NCBI GenBank assembly: GCA_965197745.1
Contig: CBDANS010000007.1
Location: forward strand, 1,536,001-1,600,000
Length of the DNA stretch: 64,000 nt
DNA from: Opitutales bacterium
GTDB lineage: Bacteria > Verrucomicrobiota > Verrucomicrobiia > Opitutales > PNEW01
Direction: 5' to 3'
Below are positions 41,438 to 51,665 of this stretch, piece after piece. The position numbers and the translations under genes were made by a program. The notes below the pieces were generated by a model. The model was not told where the DNA came from and ran no database searches. It saw only the letters and a list, made by a program, of their open reading frames with translations. The first letter of the stretch is position 1; the number at the start of each line of letters is the position of its first letter.

Positions 41438-41475
41438 GCTAATGAATAGATAAGAGAGTCGTGTGGAGTCGCTAA

Positions 41476-42252
41476 ATGAAACTCAAGGAATCAGAAGTCC
41501 AAACTTTTCAACGAGAGGGATACTTGAAGGTCCCCCATCGGGTGATTGAGAAAAATCACCTCCAGCGTCTTGTCAGATCTTATGACGAGGTATTTAATGA
41601 CCATGGAATAGGAGAAGGTGTGCGCAACCTTTCGCAAACGGAATCCACAACTGAGGCAGCGGTGGAAACGGATGACGGGAAGATGTGGCAGGCAATGGGG
41701 ATGTGGAAAAGAAACAAGGATTTCAGGTATCTGCTCTATCACAAGCCGTTGCTCGATATTGCTGAGAGTCTGATTGGTGGAAGCGTACAGCTATTTGGAG
41801 ACCAGGCGCTTTATAAACCGGCGAACAACGGTGGCCCTATTCCCTGGCACCAGGACAATAGTTATTGGCGTTGTCAGCCAGCAAAACTGGTCAATATCTG
41901 GATTGCCCTCGACGACACCGATGAAGAAAACGGTTGCATGAATGTCATCCCCGGCAGTCACGCGAGCGGTGCGTTGGAGCATTCACGAGCTAAGACGGGC
42001 GATGGAAATACATCGGCTATATTAATGACATCACAGGTAGATGAGGGGGGCAAAGCTGTCTCCATACCCTTGACCGCGGGTCATGCCATGGTTCATCATT
42101 GTTTAACCTTTCATACCACGCAGCCAAATTATTCCAGCCGTGACCGGCGGGCAATGGTCATTCACTACATGCCGGTAGGGACCCGCAATGGTGTCGGGGA
42201 GTTGTTGGAAGAGGAAGACTATCCGCTATTGAGAGGTCAGAACGTTAATTAG
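41476..42252 (+). CDS. PhyH-family dioxygenase (tandem paralog of 40685)
   Basis: PWHQDNSYW, NGCMNVIPGSH; high DNA similarity to the preceding gene. Confidence 0.92.
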   Translation: MKLKESEVQTFQREGYLKVPHRVIEKNHLQRLVRSYDEVFNDHGIGEGVRNLSQTESTTEAAVETDDGKMWQAMGMWKRNKDFRYLLYHKPLLDIAESLIGGSVQLFGDQALYKPANNGGPIPWHQDNSYWRCQPAKLVNIWIALDDTDEENGCMNVIPGSHASGALEHSRAKTGDGNTSAILMTSQVDEGGKAVSIPLTAGHAMVHHCLTFHTTQPNYSSRDRRAMVIHYMPVGTRNGVGELLEEEDYPLLRGQNVN

Positions 42253-42419
42253 ACAAGCAGGACAGGTCCTTCGGCGATGCTCAGGGCAGGCAGGTGTCGG
42301 GTGTCGGAATAGATATATAAGATGGACAATGAAAACGACCATCAATAGCGTGGATGGGAATGGGGATTTTATTTAAATCCATGCACGCATAATTTTACAC
42401 ATAAGATAAAAATGGAAGG

Positions 42420-43196
42420 TTGCCGATGTTAACCGACCAGCAAGTCACATTTTTTAATACCTTTGGTTTCATTATCCTCAGGGAAGTGTTTTCGGAAAAT
42501 GAACTCGCTATTATTAATGATGAGTTTAATCGAGGGGCTATAGATAAGCGGCAAATTCACCCGACGCTTACTAACTGGTCCAACCTTGGCCCGGAGGCAT
42601 CTTTCCTCAATGTGTTGCCGGAAGATCCGCGAATATGTGAAACGGCAGAGCAGTTATTTGGAGAAGATGCGGTAGCGATGTCATCGAACAGTAGCCGCCG
42701 GGTGGGCGACACACACTGGCATACTGATCGACCTGCCCCCCATTCTTACGGAATGAAATTTTCCGCTTATCTGCAGCCCATCGATGCCAGTAATGGCGCG
42801 CTTCGTGTCATACCGGGATCACACAAGAAACCATATATTGATAATCTGAAGAAAATTGAATTGAATACTCCGGATATTAGTGTGCCCTCGTATTCCTGTG
42901 TGTCATATCCAGGAGACATTGTCCTTATCAACTTAGCCTTATGGCATTCCAGTTGGGGCGGATCCTCTGACCGTCGCGTGTGTACCATGGACTTTTACAA
43001 AAATCCTAAAATACCTGAAGAAGAAGAGGCTATTTATGATCAGGTGAAAATCGATAAAGAAGTTTACGCAAAAGTCCGCACCAGCGGGACTAACTTCCAT
43101 CCCCAATGGTTAGCCAATTCTCAAAACAGTCCCCGACGTCAGCGCTGGATCGATTGGTTGCGGAAATATGGGTATGTCGAATCGAATGCGACCTGA
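42420..43196 (+). CDS. PhyH-family dioxygenase
   Basis: FFNTFGF, WHTD, GALRVIPGSH, LWHSS; same subfamily as 494-1306. Confidence 0.88.
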   Translation: MPMLTDQQVTFFNTFGFIILREVFSENELAIINDEFNRGAIDKRQIHPTLTNWSNLGPEASFLNVLPEDPRICETAEQLFGEDAVAMSSNSSRRVGDTHWHTDRPAPHSYGMKFSAYLQPIDASNGALRVIPGSHKKPYIDNLKKIELNTPDISVPSYSCVSYPGDIVLINLALWHSSWGGSSDRRVCTMDFYKNPKIPEEEEAIYDQVKIDKEVYAKVRTSGTNFHPQWLANSQNSPRRQRWIDWLRKYGYVESNAT

Positions 43197-43269
43197 AAAG
43201 TTTTGACCAGCTTAGTGAAGGTATTAATATTCGTAATCTCTAATTCCCACTCTCAAGTTAACTAATATT

Positions 43270-44121
43270 ATGATACAGGATAATCACAGTCTTACAGAAA
43301 AGCAGATCCAACACTTTGAGACCTTTGGCTTTTTGGTCCGCCGTCAAGTGTTTAGGCTCGAGGAAATTGAACGTATTGACGGAGAGTTTGAAAATCATTT
43401 AACCGGAATGAAAGAGGAGTTTGAGCAAAAGAAAGATAGGCCTTGGCCTAATTGGTCGAATCTGATTCCAGAGACACCTTATATAGCAAATTTATTAGAA
43501 GATCCACGTATCTGCGTGCCTACCGAACAATTGCTGGGAGAAGACACCGCCCCTGTGTATTCCAATGCCAACAGCATGAATAAAAGTACCGGTTGGCATC
43601 CAGATATGCTTCATCGACATATTCGCGGACTTAAAAATCTTATATACCTGCAACCAACAACCGGTGATCATGGATCATTACGTCTCATTCCAGGTTCCCA
43701 TATGAATCCAATGTTTGATGAACTGCTACGGATTGGATTAAAAATAACCGCTGATAACGGACCGCAGTTTCTAAAAGATTCCGGCATGCGTGGTGAAGAT
43801 ATTCCCGCTTATATATTTTGTTCGGAGCCTGGGGACGTAATCACTTTTAACCAGAATACATGGCATGCCGCTTTTAATTGTTTTGAAGATCGAAGGCTCT
43901 GTTCTTTTGGTTTCTACAGCAACCCGAAGACTGCTCAAGAAGAAGTGGAACTACATGCACTGGCGGATAGAGCAAAAGAGCATAAAAAAACCCTGACCAT
44001 GAGTTCACAATCACAATACCATCATCCGTGGTGGTTATCTAACCCGGAAGGCAGTGCGCGGCGAGCACGATGGATAGAGTGGTTAGAGAATTGGGGATTT
44101 ATCGAAGCTTTAAATAATTAA
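43270..44121 (+). CDS. PhyH-family dioxygenase
   Basis: FETFGF, WHPD, GSLRLIPGSH, TWHAA. Confidence 0.88.
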   Translation: MIQDNHSLTEKQIQHFETFGFLVRRQVFRLEEIERIDGEFENHLTGMKEEFEQKKDRPWPNWSNLIPETPYIANLLEDPRICVPTEQLLGEDTAPVYSNANSMNKSTGWHPDMLHRHIRGLKNLIYLQPTTGDHGSLRLIPGSHMNPMFDELLRIGLKITADNGPQFLKDSGMRGEDIPAYIFCSEPGDVITFNQNTWHAAFNCFEDRRLCSFGFYSNPKTAQEEVELHALADRAKEHKKTLTMSSQSQYHHPWWLSNPEGSARRARWIEWLENWGFIEALNN

Positions 44122-44125
44122 ATAA

Positions 44126-44280
44126 GGTGGAGCGGGCTGCCTGACGTCCATAGCCTAACAACGCACAGCGACGGCTGTTCCCCTAGCACGCTTCTTTACT
44201 TACGACATTCACCAACGCGGTAGGGAACAGCCGTCGTCCCGCGGTGGCGGGACTATGGCTGTCAGGCACCGCGTTCCACC
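44126..44280. repeat. Family B REP pair with nested modules in both arms
   Basis: GGTGGAGCGGGCTGCC[insert]CCCTAGCACGC...AACGCGGTAGGG[insert]CACCGCGTTCCACC. Confidence 0.8.
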
Positions 44281-44411
44281 CTATATGTCATAGCTAAGAT
44301 GATAATTTACATATTACCTCTGAACCCAACCTGCCCTGAGCGCAGTCGAAGGGAACCTTCTTACCTAATACTTAAATCCTAACACCTAACACACAAAATC
44401 TATCGATTTTT

Positions 44412-46985
44412 TCATTCCCCCTTCAGGCTATGAACCGTCAACCCTTCGAATTTTGGTTTACCGGGAGTGATGAAACTCAAGGAGTAACCCAAAACAATTC
44501 CCACGGTCATCCCGACAATGGAATATAGGAAAAAATGAACATCGGTATATTGTTTTAAAAAACACAATAGTATGACACTAAGCACCGTGCTGGTAATAAC
44601 GCCGAAGCTGTTCGTGCGATTGGTAAAGATGCCAAGCGCAAATACTCCCCCTATCGCACCGCCAAACAGGTTTAAAGCAATAATAAATACATCCCACATC
44701 GAGGAGCTGTCCAGTTTTGCCATCCAGAGGGCGGCACCCGTTCCAAACATTCCGAGCAATCCAGTCAGCCAGCGTGAGACGACAAGTAAATGATGATCGG
44801 TAGAGGCCGGCCTGGACCGCTTGTAGAAATCAGTGACGATGACCGTCGCCGTGCTGTGCATGGAACTGTCCAGGCTGGACATCGCCGCGGCAAAAATTCC
44901 GGCAATAATGATACCACTGAGACCGATGGGGATATTTTGAACAATAAATAAAGGGACGACGGCATCAGTGGGCAAAGTCGGGTTTAATTGTTGGGGATGT
45001 GTTTTATAATAGACGTAAAGTACAGTCCCCAGACCAAATGCGATAAAAGACCAGGGGATGGCAAACAGGCAATCACACCAAAGCGCTTTTTTCGCTTCTT
45101 TTGCATCCGCAGTCGTCATAATTCGCTGAACGATCGTTTGATCCGTGCATAAATTTAATAGGCGGGTGATTATAGCATTCAGGAGGACAACCCATATTAC
45201 TGCTTCAGTGTAATCCCATTTGAAAATGGCCATCGTCAGCTTGCGGTCTGTCAAAGCAACTTCAAAAAAAGTTCCTACCCCGCCATCGATGTCTGTAAGG
45301 ACAAGCACGATACAAAGTATGGCACCCCCCATAAGAACAATGAGCTGAATAACATCCGTCCAGATGACGGCTTCCATACCTCCCAACACGGTATAGACGG
45401 TGGCGAATACACCCATGAGAAGGATGCAGGTGTATTTATCGATACCGGTTACCGCGGAGAGCGCGAGCGCTGGTAGAAAAAGAACGACGCTCATGCGCCC
45501 GAGGATTTGAAAGAGACAGAATATCCCGGCAATTATAAGACGAACAACGATATTAAACCTTGCTTCAAGGTACTCGTAAACGGAAGTAAACTTTAATTTG
45601 TGATAAAAAGGAATGATCGTGCTATTAATAAACGGAACGACGATAAACCAAACGACAACTGCGGTAAAATAGACCCAGTTAGTAGCAAATGCTTTCGCGG
45701 GAATAGCCATAAAACCAATGGAACTTACTCCCGTAGCTAACATGCTCAGCCCAGCTGCCCAGAAAGGAATGCGCTTCCCCGCCAGCAAATAATCTTTCGT
45801 CGTTTTTTCCCTTTTGGAAAAATAAAACCCCATCCCCATTAACACGACCAGATACAATATAAGTAATGTGTAATCGAGGGGATGAAAATACCTTTTTATT
45901 ATACTCTTGGTTCGAGCAAGAAAGATTTTAGTAGTCCGTATTCCCGGCGATGTTTCTCCGCTCGCCAAAACGTAACCCTCTGCAAAGGGAACGATACCCG
46001 TATGCACTATGCTTTGTGGAAGGTGTCCGAACTTTACCCAGGTGTCGGTAATCGTATGGTAGGCTAATATGTCATCAGCAAATCGAGATTCGACCTTCAA
46101 CAAACCAGTCCGGCCGATATAATGACCATCAGATCCGCCGAAAATCATGATATGCGACTGACCGATCGCAGCTGCAGGTGCCTGGAACGCGGGGCGTGGC
46201 ATAGGCGCAATTTGCTTCCAACGATTAATTAAATCATCTTCACGTGGATCATAAAAGTAGGCGTCATTGAGATAGACTTCATCGTGTTTACCACTAAACA
46301 GATATAGACAGGGATGATAGCCGCTGTTTTGGGTAATGAGTGTCGCTCCGTAGCGTTCTAAACCAGGAAAGGATTGAAGCTCCTGCCACAGCATCATCTC
46401 GCCCTCTTGGGATGGCATAAGATCCAAGACCATGAAATTATTGAGCGGGCCCTCCTCATTCATTCCCCCGGCAGCATAGATCATATTCCCAACGCGCGCA
46501 GCAGCTGCCCCATGACATTTGAGAGGAAGACCTGGTAATTCCTCTCTTACAATTTCCTTACTCTCTTCATTCCAGTTTAAAATAAAAACTTCTTCATATA
46601 GGTTGTTTTCATCGCGTCCTCCCAGGCAGACGAGACCATTATCCACTACCACCGAGGCTCCATCGGTGACAGGATGCGGCAATTTAAAATTTGTATGCCA
46701 AAGGTATTTATTTTTACCCGTTTTTTCTAAAACGTAAATTGAATCATGATAGACAGTTTGTCCGTCTTGGCTATTAATTTGAGATGTACTCGACCCCCCG
46801 GCAATTATCAACGCGCCATTGCTTGTTCCGATAAATGCTCCGGCAATGCCCGCTTCGTGTGGCAAGTTTGGCAATTCTTGCCAGGTGAATAAATCATCAG
46901 GGGAAATATTTTCACCGGATTCTGCCGCGACGGAGGTGCAGACGGTAATTAAAATAGATAGAAATATAAATAAAGTGTATCGCAT
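44412..46985 (-). CDS. Sodium:solute symporter with N-terminal Kelch-repeat (NanM-like) domain
   Basis: Signal peptide, Kelch-like WQELPNLP/LIIAGG repeats, then SSS core (DYLLAGKRIPFW, YEYLEARF, AAMSSLDS); start placed at MRYTLF. Confidence 0.9.
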   Translation of the reverse strand: MRYTLFIFLSILITVCTSVAAESGENISPDDLFTWQELPNLPHEAGIAGAFIGTSNGALIIAGGSSTSQINSQDGQTVYHDSIYVLEKTGKNKYLWHTNFKLPHPVTDGASVVVDNGLVCLGGRDENNLYEEVFILNWNEESKEIVREELPGLPLKCHGAAAARVGNMIYAAGGMNEEGPLNNFMVLDLMPSQEGEMMLWQELQSFPGLERYGATLITQNSGYHPCLYLFSGKHDEVYLNDAYFYDPREDDLINRWKQIAPMPRPAFQAPAAAIGQSHIMIFGGSDGHYIGRTGLLKVESRFADDILAYHTITDTWVKFGHLPQSIVHTGIVPFAEGYVLASGETSPGIRTTKIFLARTKSIIKRYFHPLDYTLLILYLVVLMGMGFYFSKREKTTKDYLLAGKRIPFWAAGLSMLATGVSSIGFMAIPAKAFATNWVYFTAVVVWFIVVPFINSTIIPFYHKLKFTSVYEYLEARFNIVVRLIIAGIFCLFQILGRMSVVLFLPALALSAVTGIDKYTCILLMGVFATVYTVLGGMEAVIWTDVIQLIVLMGGAILCIVLVLTDIDGGVGTFFEVALTDRKLTMAIFKWDYTEAVIWVVLLNAIITRLLNLCTDQTIVQRIMTTADAKEAKKALWCDCLFAIPWSFIAFGLGTVLYVYYKTHPQQLNPTLPTDAVVPLFIVQNIPIGLSGIIIAGIFAAAMSSLDSSMHSTATVIVTDFYKRSRPASTDHHLLVVSRWLTGLLGMFGTGAALWMAKLDSSSMWDVFIIALNLFGGAIGGVFALGIFTNRTNSFGVITSTVLSVILLCFLKQYTDVHFFLYSIVGMTVGIVLGYSLSFITPGKPKFEGLTVHSLKGE

Positions 46986-47230
46986 GCGATAGCCATTACC
47001 GAGACCCGCGGCTGCGTGAAAACATCTTCCAAAGGTAGAGAAGACACAAGAAAAAGATTTAGGGAAATAAGGTGGAGCCATCAGGCACGGCGACCCACCA
47101 TTTTCAATTTATAATAAATAGTAGAGTGGAATCCTGCATTCGCATAGACGCTATCCCTCTACAGGTGTCGGTATCAACACACGCGCTGTAACTTGACATC
47201 AAAGCCACTAATTTTATATTAACCGGTATC

Positions 47231-48073
47231 ATGAAATATGTTACTCCCGATACGGACTGGTCTAAATTGACTTTAGGGGAGAGGATCAAACATCTCGAAA
47301 TCGAAGGTTACGTCGTAGTTCCAGATATTCTCAGTCCCGAGCATGTCAAAAAGCTCAAAGCTGAAACGATAAAACTTGAGACTAACCATACCGATTACAG
47401 TGAGAGACAACGTGTTTTAAAAGAGAGAAATCTGGAGTATAAGGGTGGGGTCTTTACCGATCTAGTTGCCCATCCTCCCACCATCGCTTTCTTGAAAGAA
47501 CTTTGTGGCGATGAGATTATCATGATGTCGTACTCCTATTCGCGTTCTGAACCGGGCCATCCGGGTATCAATTTTCATAGTGATGCCATGAGTTATGGAT
47601 CGCACCATTTTGGACACTCACTCAGCTGTCCGAAAATGCTGCGTGTTCTCTACTACCTGGACGATCTAACCCCGGAAGTTTCACCTTTCCGCATTATCCC
47701 TCGCACGCATCTTAGTTTTCATAATCAGGCCAACCCCTACCTGCGTTACAAGGAACATCCTGAACAGGTCATGGTTACCTGCAAGGCGGGGTCTGCAGTT
47801 TTCTTTAATATGTATTGTTTTCACGGAAATTTCCCTAACGTAGGGGATAGGCCGCGAGAAGTGTTGTTAATAAGTTACCGTCCTTCGTGGGCCGGTCCGA
47901 TTAATGAAATTGAGTCGAGAGACCCTGAAAAAGTAGCAACCCTGCCCCCAGAAATACAAGCGTTAATGGGCGATTTGAATACCCGCATCTGGAAGCCGGA
48001 TGCAGGTAACATTCACCCCGACATGCCCAGTGAAGCTACGGGAATCAATCCGAGTCGTTGGGATCGCGTCTAG
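47231..48073 (+). CDS. PhyH-family dioxygenase
   Basis: LEIEGYVVVPD, FHSD, YLDDL, PFRIIPRTH, FHGNFPN. Confidence 0.85.
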   Translation: MKYVTPDTDWSKLTLGERIKHLEIEGYVVVPDILSPEHVKKLKAETIKLETNHTDYSERQRVLKERNLEYKGGVFTDLVAHPPTIAFLKELCGDEIIMMSYSYSRSEPGHPGINFHSDAMSYGSHHFGHSLSCPKMLRVLYYLDDLTPEVSPFRIIPRTHLSFHNQANPYLRYKEHPEQVMVTCKAGSAVFFNMYCFHGNFPNVGDRPREVLLISYRPSWAGPINEIESRDPEKVATLPPEIQALMGDLNTRIWKPDAGNIHPDMPSEATGINPSRWDRV

Positions 48074-48240
48074 TGTGATTGCGGATTGAGGATTACAGAA
48101 TGCGTAGCGACGACACTACCGAACGCAGCGACATCTTCCATTCCAGGGGTTTACCGGTCACGTATTGACATCCCTCTGGAATGGAAGATGTCGGGCTGTA
48201 ACCCTCGGTAGCTTCGTCGCGTTGCTCCTCGCAATGACAA
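48074..48240. repeat. Gene-less family A element with extended arms (TACCGA...GACATCTTCCATTCCAG), left end degenerate
   Basis: cgacatcttccattccag-spacer-ctggaatggaagatgtcg...ctcggtagcttcgtcgcgttgctcctcgcaatgacaa; the extended arm matches the 5' arm of the GIY-YIG cassette. Confidence 0.8.
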
Positions 48241-48306
48241 TAAGGTGGAGCGTTCCACCTCTTTGCTTAACACCTAAAACTTAAAACCTAACACTTCTCG
48301 AAGAGA

Positions 48307-50586
48307 TCAGTCGATAGTGATCTCTTCGAGAGCAACCTCAATTGCATCTCCATCTTCATTGGCGAAGGTTGCATCGATACTCAGTGTGGGCTGAGGGGTG
48401 TTGTCGGACTTGAAATTGTTCTGGGTGATCAGGGTCTCAAACCCGGTTGTCGTCGATCCACTCTCTGCGACGACGATCGAAGCTCCGTTCGTCTGGGCCA
48501 GGTCGCCTCCAGTGATCCGCAAACCGGGATTGCCTGCCGGCACCGTGAACGATCCTGAACCAAATAGCAGGTGTGGGACCGCATCGTCGCTGGCATCGAT
48601 GTCCCCGACGGTCAAACGTACCGCGATCGGCACTCCCCGCGCATCTATGCCGATCCTGCCGGTGCTTCCCGAAAAAACAGTGTTCGACAACTGCATGCCA
48701 CCCATTCCCGTGGAGTTGATCACTTCCACCAGGGTCACGTCGGCTTGTGCATCATAGACCTGTCCCTCGGGGAACAGCGCCTGGTTCACCGCGTTGATTG
48801 ATCCTACCGTGAAGATACTGAAGAAAGTACTGGAGTCAGCACCATCAATAACCACGCTCGGTTTGCCCGTCACGTACTCCACTGCCTGATTATAGCGCGG
48901 GGGCAGGGCCGGGGGCAGGAAGGACGCAGGGTCCAGGTTTACGGTAAAAGTGCCAGCGCCCGAAAACTCAACCTGCACGATATCCTCGTCTTCGTCCATG
49001 AAGGAAACCCTCGTGATCTGATTCGGTTTCGCTGGGAGTTGAATGGATTCCCCGGTGAGCAGGATCTGGTCGAAGACGTTACCGTTAGGATGCTGGATGT
49101 TTTCACCAGCTATATCACCTGAACCGTCGAGGACGAGAGGGACAGAGTGAGCTGCAACGGTAATGACTGCAGTATCACTATTGACGGTCCCTCCGGCATT
49201 TGTGACCAGCACCCAGAAGTTTGTGCTCGTTGTGAGTGCACTGGTGGTGAAGGTGCTGTCAGTGGCTCCGCTGATAGGACTAGTGGTATCACCGCTATTA
49301 CCTGAATACCACTGGTAAGTAAGATCATCTCCACTGACCATAACTGATAAAACAACTGCAGTTCCCGATTGCACTTCCTGACTCGCGGGTTGGTTAGTAA
49401 TGGAGGGACCTTGTGCGGGGGGCGGTTCACCTCCCCCCGTCGGGATGCCGATCGGAGTAAACCCAAAATCGTCAAGAGCGATGTTCGTTAAAAATCCACC
49501 AGTCTGCGCTTGTGGTGACGGACCATTTCTATAAGTAATTTTTGCTATCCCGTCCGGCGCTCCTAATTCTTCTGCCACAAAGGAGAAAAAGGTAAAGGGA
49601 AAGTCAGGCAACTCGATACTCATATTTAAGGGGACATCATTGGTCGAGGTGAGCATATTCCCCGCCGTGTCGAATACTTCTAACGTCCCGTCGCCTTCTT
49701 CACCCACCGCCGCGTAAAACTCCACCTTCGCCGCCGGTGTTTCTTCAAAATTTATTTCTCCCATCGTTTCATCAAGAACTTGCCAGGAACCACCTGCGAC
49801 ATCGCCTAATGATGATGAACTACTGGGAGCGAGAGGAAAAGTATGGTTAAAACGCTTAGTCACGTTGCTATTAATGGTTACAATAACGGTGGTAACGACA
49901 CCCGTAGTAAAATGAGCCGTGTTTGGTGATTCACCGATGGTAAAATTTACCCGGTTTACAGAAGTTTTAAATATGGGGTGATTATCTAAATCCGAAAAAT
50001 CTTCAAAAACGGTATTGTTGGGAGGCCCTACAACATGGGTAAAAGTAAGGTCATCAATGGAGACTTGGCCGGAAGCATTAATAATTTTAATTTCTTTGAT
50101 TCCGTTCGTAAAATTGAGATCCGACGTATCGTTGATATCCCCGCTGAAAGCGACGAAACTTTGCAGAGGAGGGTTAGCACCAGGACTGATGTTATCGGGA
50201 AGGCCGTTTACAATACCAGAATCTGCCAAAACAAGAAAAACTTTATCTCTTAACTCAATGCGTCCACCACCCTGGGTATCGGCGGCAAAGAACTGAAGAT
50301 TTTGCACACCTCGCTCAAAGAGAATTTTTCCTTCTGAAGCACCGGGAACAAGGACCAGGGCCTTGATACCTGAATGCGCAAGAGCGGGATTAACTACGGT
50401 TTCCAGGGTAAAGTTAATCACCCGGGCGGTGAAGGGTGATTCGCCGATAGTAAATTCAGTTCCTTCTGCGGAGACACCCTCGAAATCGATGAAGGTTTCC
50501 TGATTTTGAGGAAAAGCAAAGGGTATACCCGCTAATAAGGTGGATATTATTAAAATTGAATTAAGGCTTTTCATAATCATGAACAA
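48307..50586 (-). CDS. Secreted/surface protein with immunoglobulin-like domain
   Basis: Signal peptide, PSITNQPASQ...LTYQWY...FWVLVTN Ig domain, C-terminal NIQHPNGNVFDQILLTG domain. Confidence 0.8.
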   Translation of the reverse strand: MFMIMKSLNSILIISTLLAGIPFAFPQNQETFIDFEGVSAEGTEFTIGESPFTARVINFTLETVVNPALAHSGIKALVLVPGASEGKILFERGVQNLQFFAADTQGGGRIELRDKVFLVLADSGIVNGLPDNISPGANPPLQSFVAFSGDINDTSDLNFTNGIKEIKIINASGQVSIDDLTFTHVVGPPNNTVFEDFSDLDNHPIFKTSVNRVNFTIGESPNTAHFTTGVVTTVIVTINSNVTKRFNHTFPLAPSSSSSLGDVAGGSWQVLDETMGEINFEETPAAKVEFYAAVGEEGDGTLEVFDTAGNMLTSTNDVPLNMSIELPDFPFTFFSFVAEELGAPDGIAKITYRNGPSPQAQTGGFLTNIALDDFGFTPIGIPTGGGEPPPAQGPSITNQPASQEVQSGTAVVLSVMVSGDDLTYQWYSGNSGDTTSPISGATDSTFTTSALTTSTNFWVLVTNAGGTVNSDTAVITVAAHSVPLVLDGSGDIAGENIQHPNGNVFDQILLTGESIQLPAKPNQITRVSFMDEDEDIVQVEFSGAGTFTVNLDPASFLPPALPPRYNQAVEYVTGKPSVVIDGADSSTFFSIFTVGSINAVNQALFPEGQVYDAQADVTLVEVINSTGMGGMQLSNTVFSGSTGRIGIDARGVPIAVRLTVGDIDASDDAVPHLLFGSGSFTVPAGNPGLRITGGDLAQTNGASIVVAESGSTTTGFETLITQNNFKSDNTPQPTLSIDATFANEDGDAIEVALEEITID

Positions 50587-50840
50587 GAAAAATTCGAAGG
50601 CTTATTATATTGGCCGGAAACAGCCATATTGATATAAGGGAACTTTGACAAGAGCTATTGCGCGCTTAAAGTTCCTTTAAGCGCGCCGTCTATCTTCGCG
50701 CTTGCGTTCTCAACCTCGTTCTTCCACCTTCAATACCGTGAAGAAATGCTTTAGGAACGGTCTCGCCGGGGATGTGTGCCCGTACCACACGAAAAGCGAT
50801 TTCTTATCAGATGAAAAATCTCATAAAAAAGGGCGTTAAA

Positions 50841-51248
50841 ATGATGAAATATATTCACACTCCAGAAGATTCAAAAGATATCGATACTAAATTAGGGGTC
50901 GCTATAGCCGGGCCTGATCATGTCAAGATGGCCAAAGTTACACTCGGCGAGCTTGGGTTTAATAATTTTCCCACGCAGCGCTTGATTATTGGCACTCATA
51001 CATGGCCTCCGGGTAGAAGTCACGGTTCTCATCATCATCCGAACTGGGAGCAGTGCTATTACATCATGGCAGGTCAGGCAGAGATCACCGTTGGGGATGA
51101 GAAACGGATCGTTGGACTAGGAAGCTCTGCGTATATGCCGGCGAATGTCGAGCACAACATCACCGCAGTCGGTGATGAGATGATGGTAGCGTTCAATATC
51201 GGATGCGTCCTTGATGAAAATTATGAGGGAACAAATATAGTAACATGA
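50841..51248 (+). CDS. Cupin domain protein
   Basis: HHHPNWEQCYYIMAG...YMPANVEH; start uncertain (50772-50844). Confidence 0.85.
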   Translation: MMKYIHTPEDSKDIDTKLGVAIAGPDHVKMAKVTLGELGFNNFPTQRLIIGTHTWPPGRSHGSHHHPNWEQCYYIMAGQAEITVGDEKRIVGLGSSAYMPANVEHNITAVGDEMMVAFNIGCVLDENYEGTNIVT

Positions 51249-51361
51249 GCTGAGAGTATCCCGATTGCGGAATACGGATTGAGGGTTGTCGTGTAATACA
51301 CTAGGTAGCGATTGCGGATTGTGCCTGACGGTTATTAATACCTTCGAATTGTCTTTGCAAT

Positions 51362-51451
51362 GGTGGAACGCGGTGCCTGACGGCCATAGCCTTGGCGACG
51401 GTTGTTCCCTACCGCGTTATATAAGTAATAGAAAAGAAGCCCGCGTTCCAC
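51362..51451. repeat. Family B REP pair with nested module
   Basis: GGTGGAACGCGGTGCC[tgacggccatagccttggcgacggttgtt]CCCTACCGCGTT...CCGCGTTCCAC. Confidence 0.7.
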
Positions 51452-51603
51452 TCGGCGGCGGCGACAAACAGGGCGACTTCTTGAATGCCATGCTCCCGGC
51501 AAAAGCAAGCGAGGTTGCGCGCGTCCTCGCCGGGAATGATGTGGTACCGGAGTTGATAACGGACAGTATCGCCCTCAATCATCTTATCGGCATCATCCTG
51601 CAT
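51409..51603 (-). pseudogene. 5' fragment of an unknown gene truncated at a REP arm
   Basis: Protein-like YQLRYHIIPG...FCREHGIQEVALFVAAAEWNAG directly downstream of the oxidoreductase operon; the EWNAG codons coincide with the REP arm GTGGAACGCGG. Confidence 0.45.
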
Positions 51604-51665
51604 ATCTTCGTATCTAGCCTATGGCGTCAAGGCATTTAGGAATTGTTTACCGACCAATATTTTTT

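Noticed and set aside
28308..48240. Family A or B hairpins as integron attC sites
   Set aside because: No consistent RYYYAAC...GTTRRRY ends, no intI, and neighbouring genes lie on both strands.
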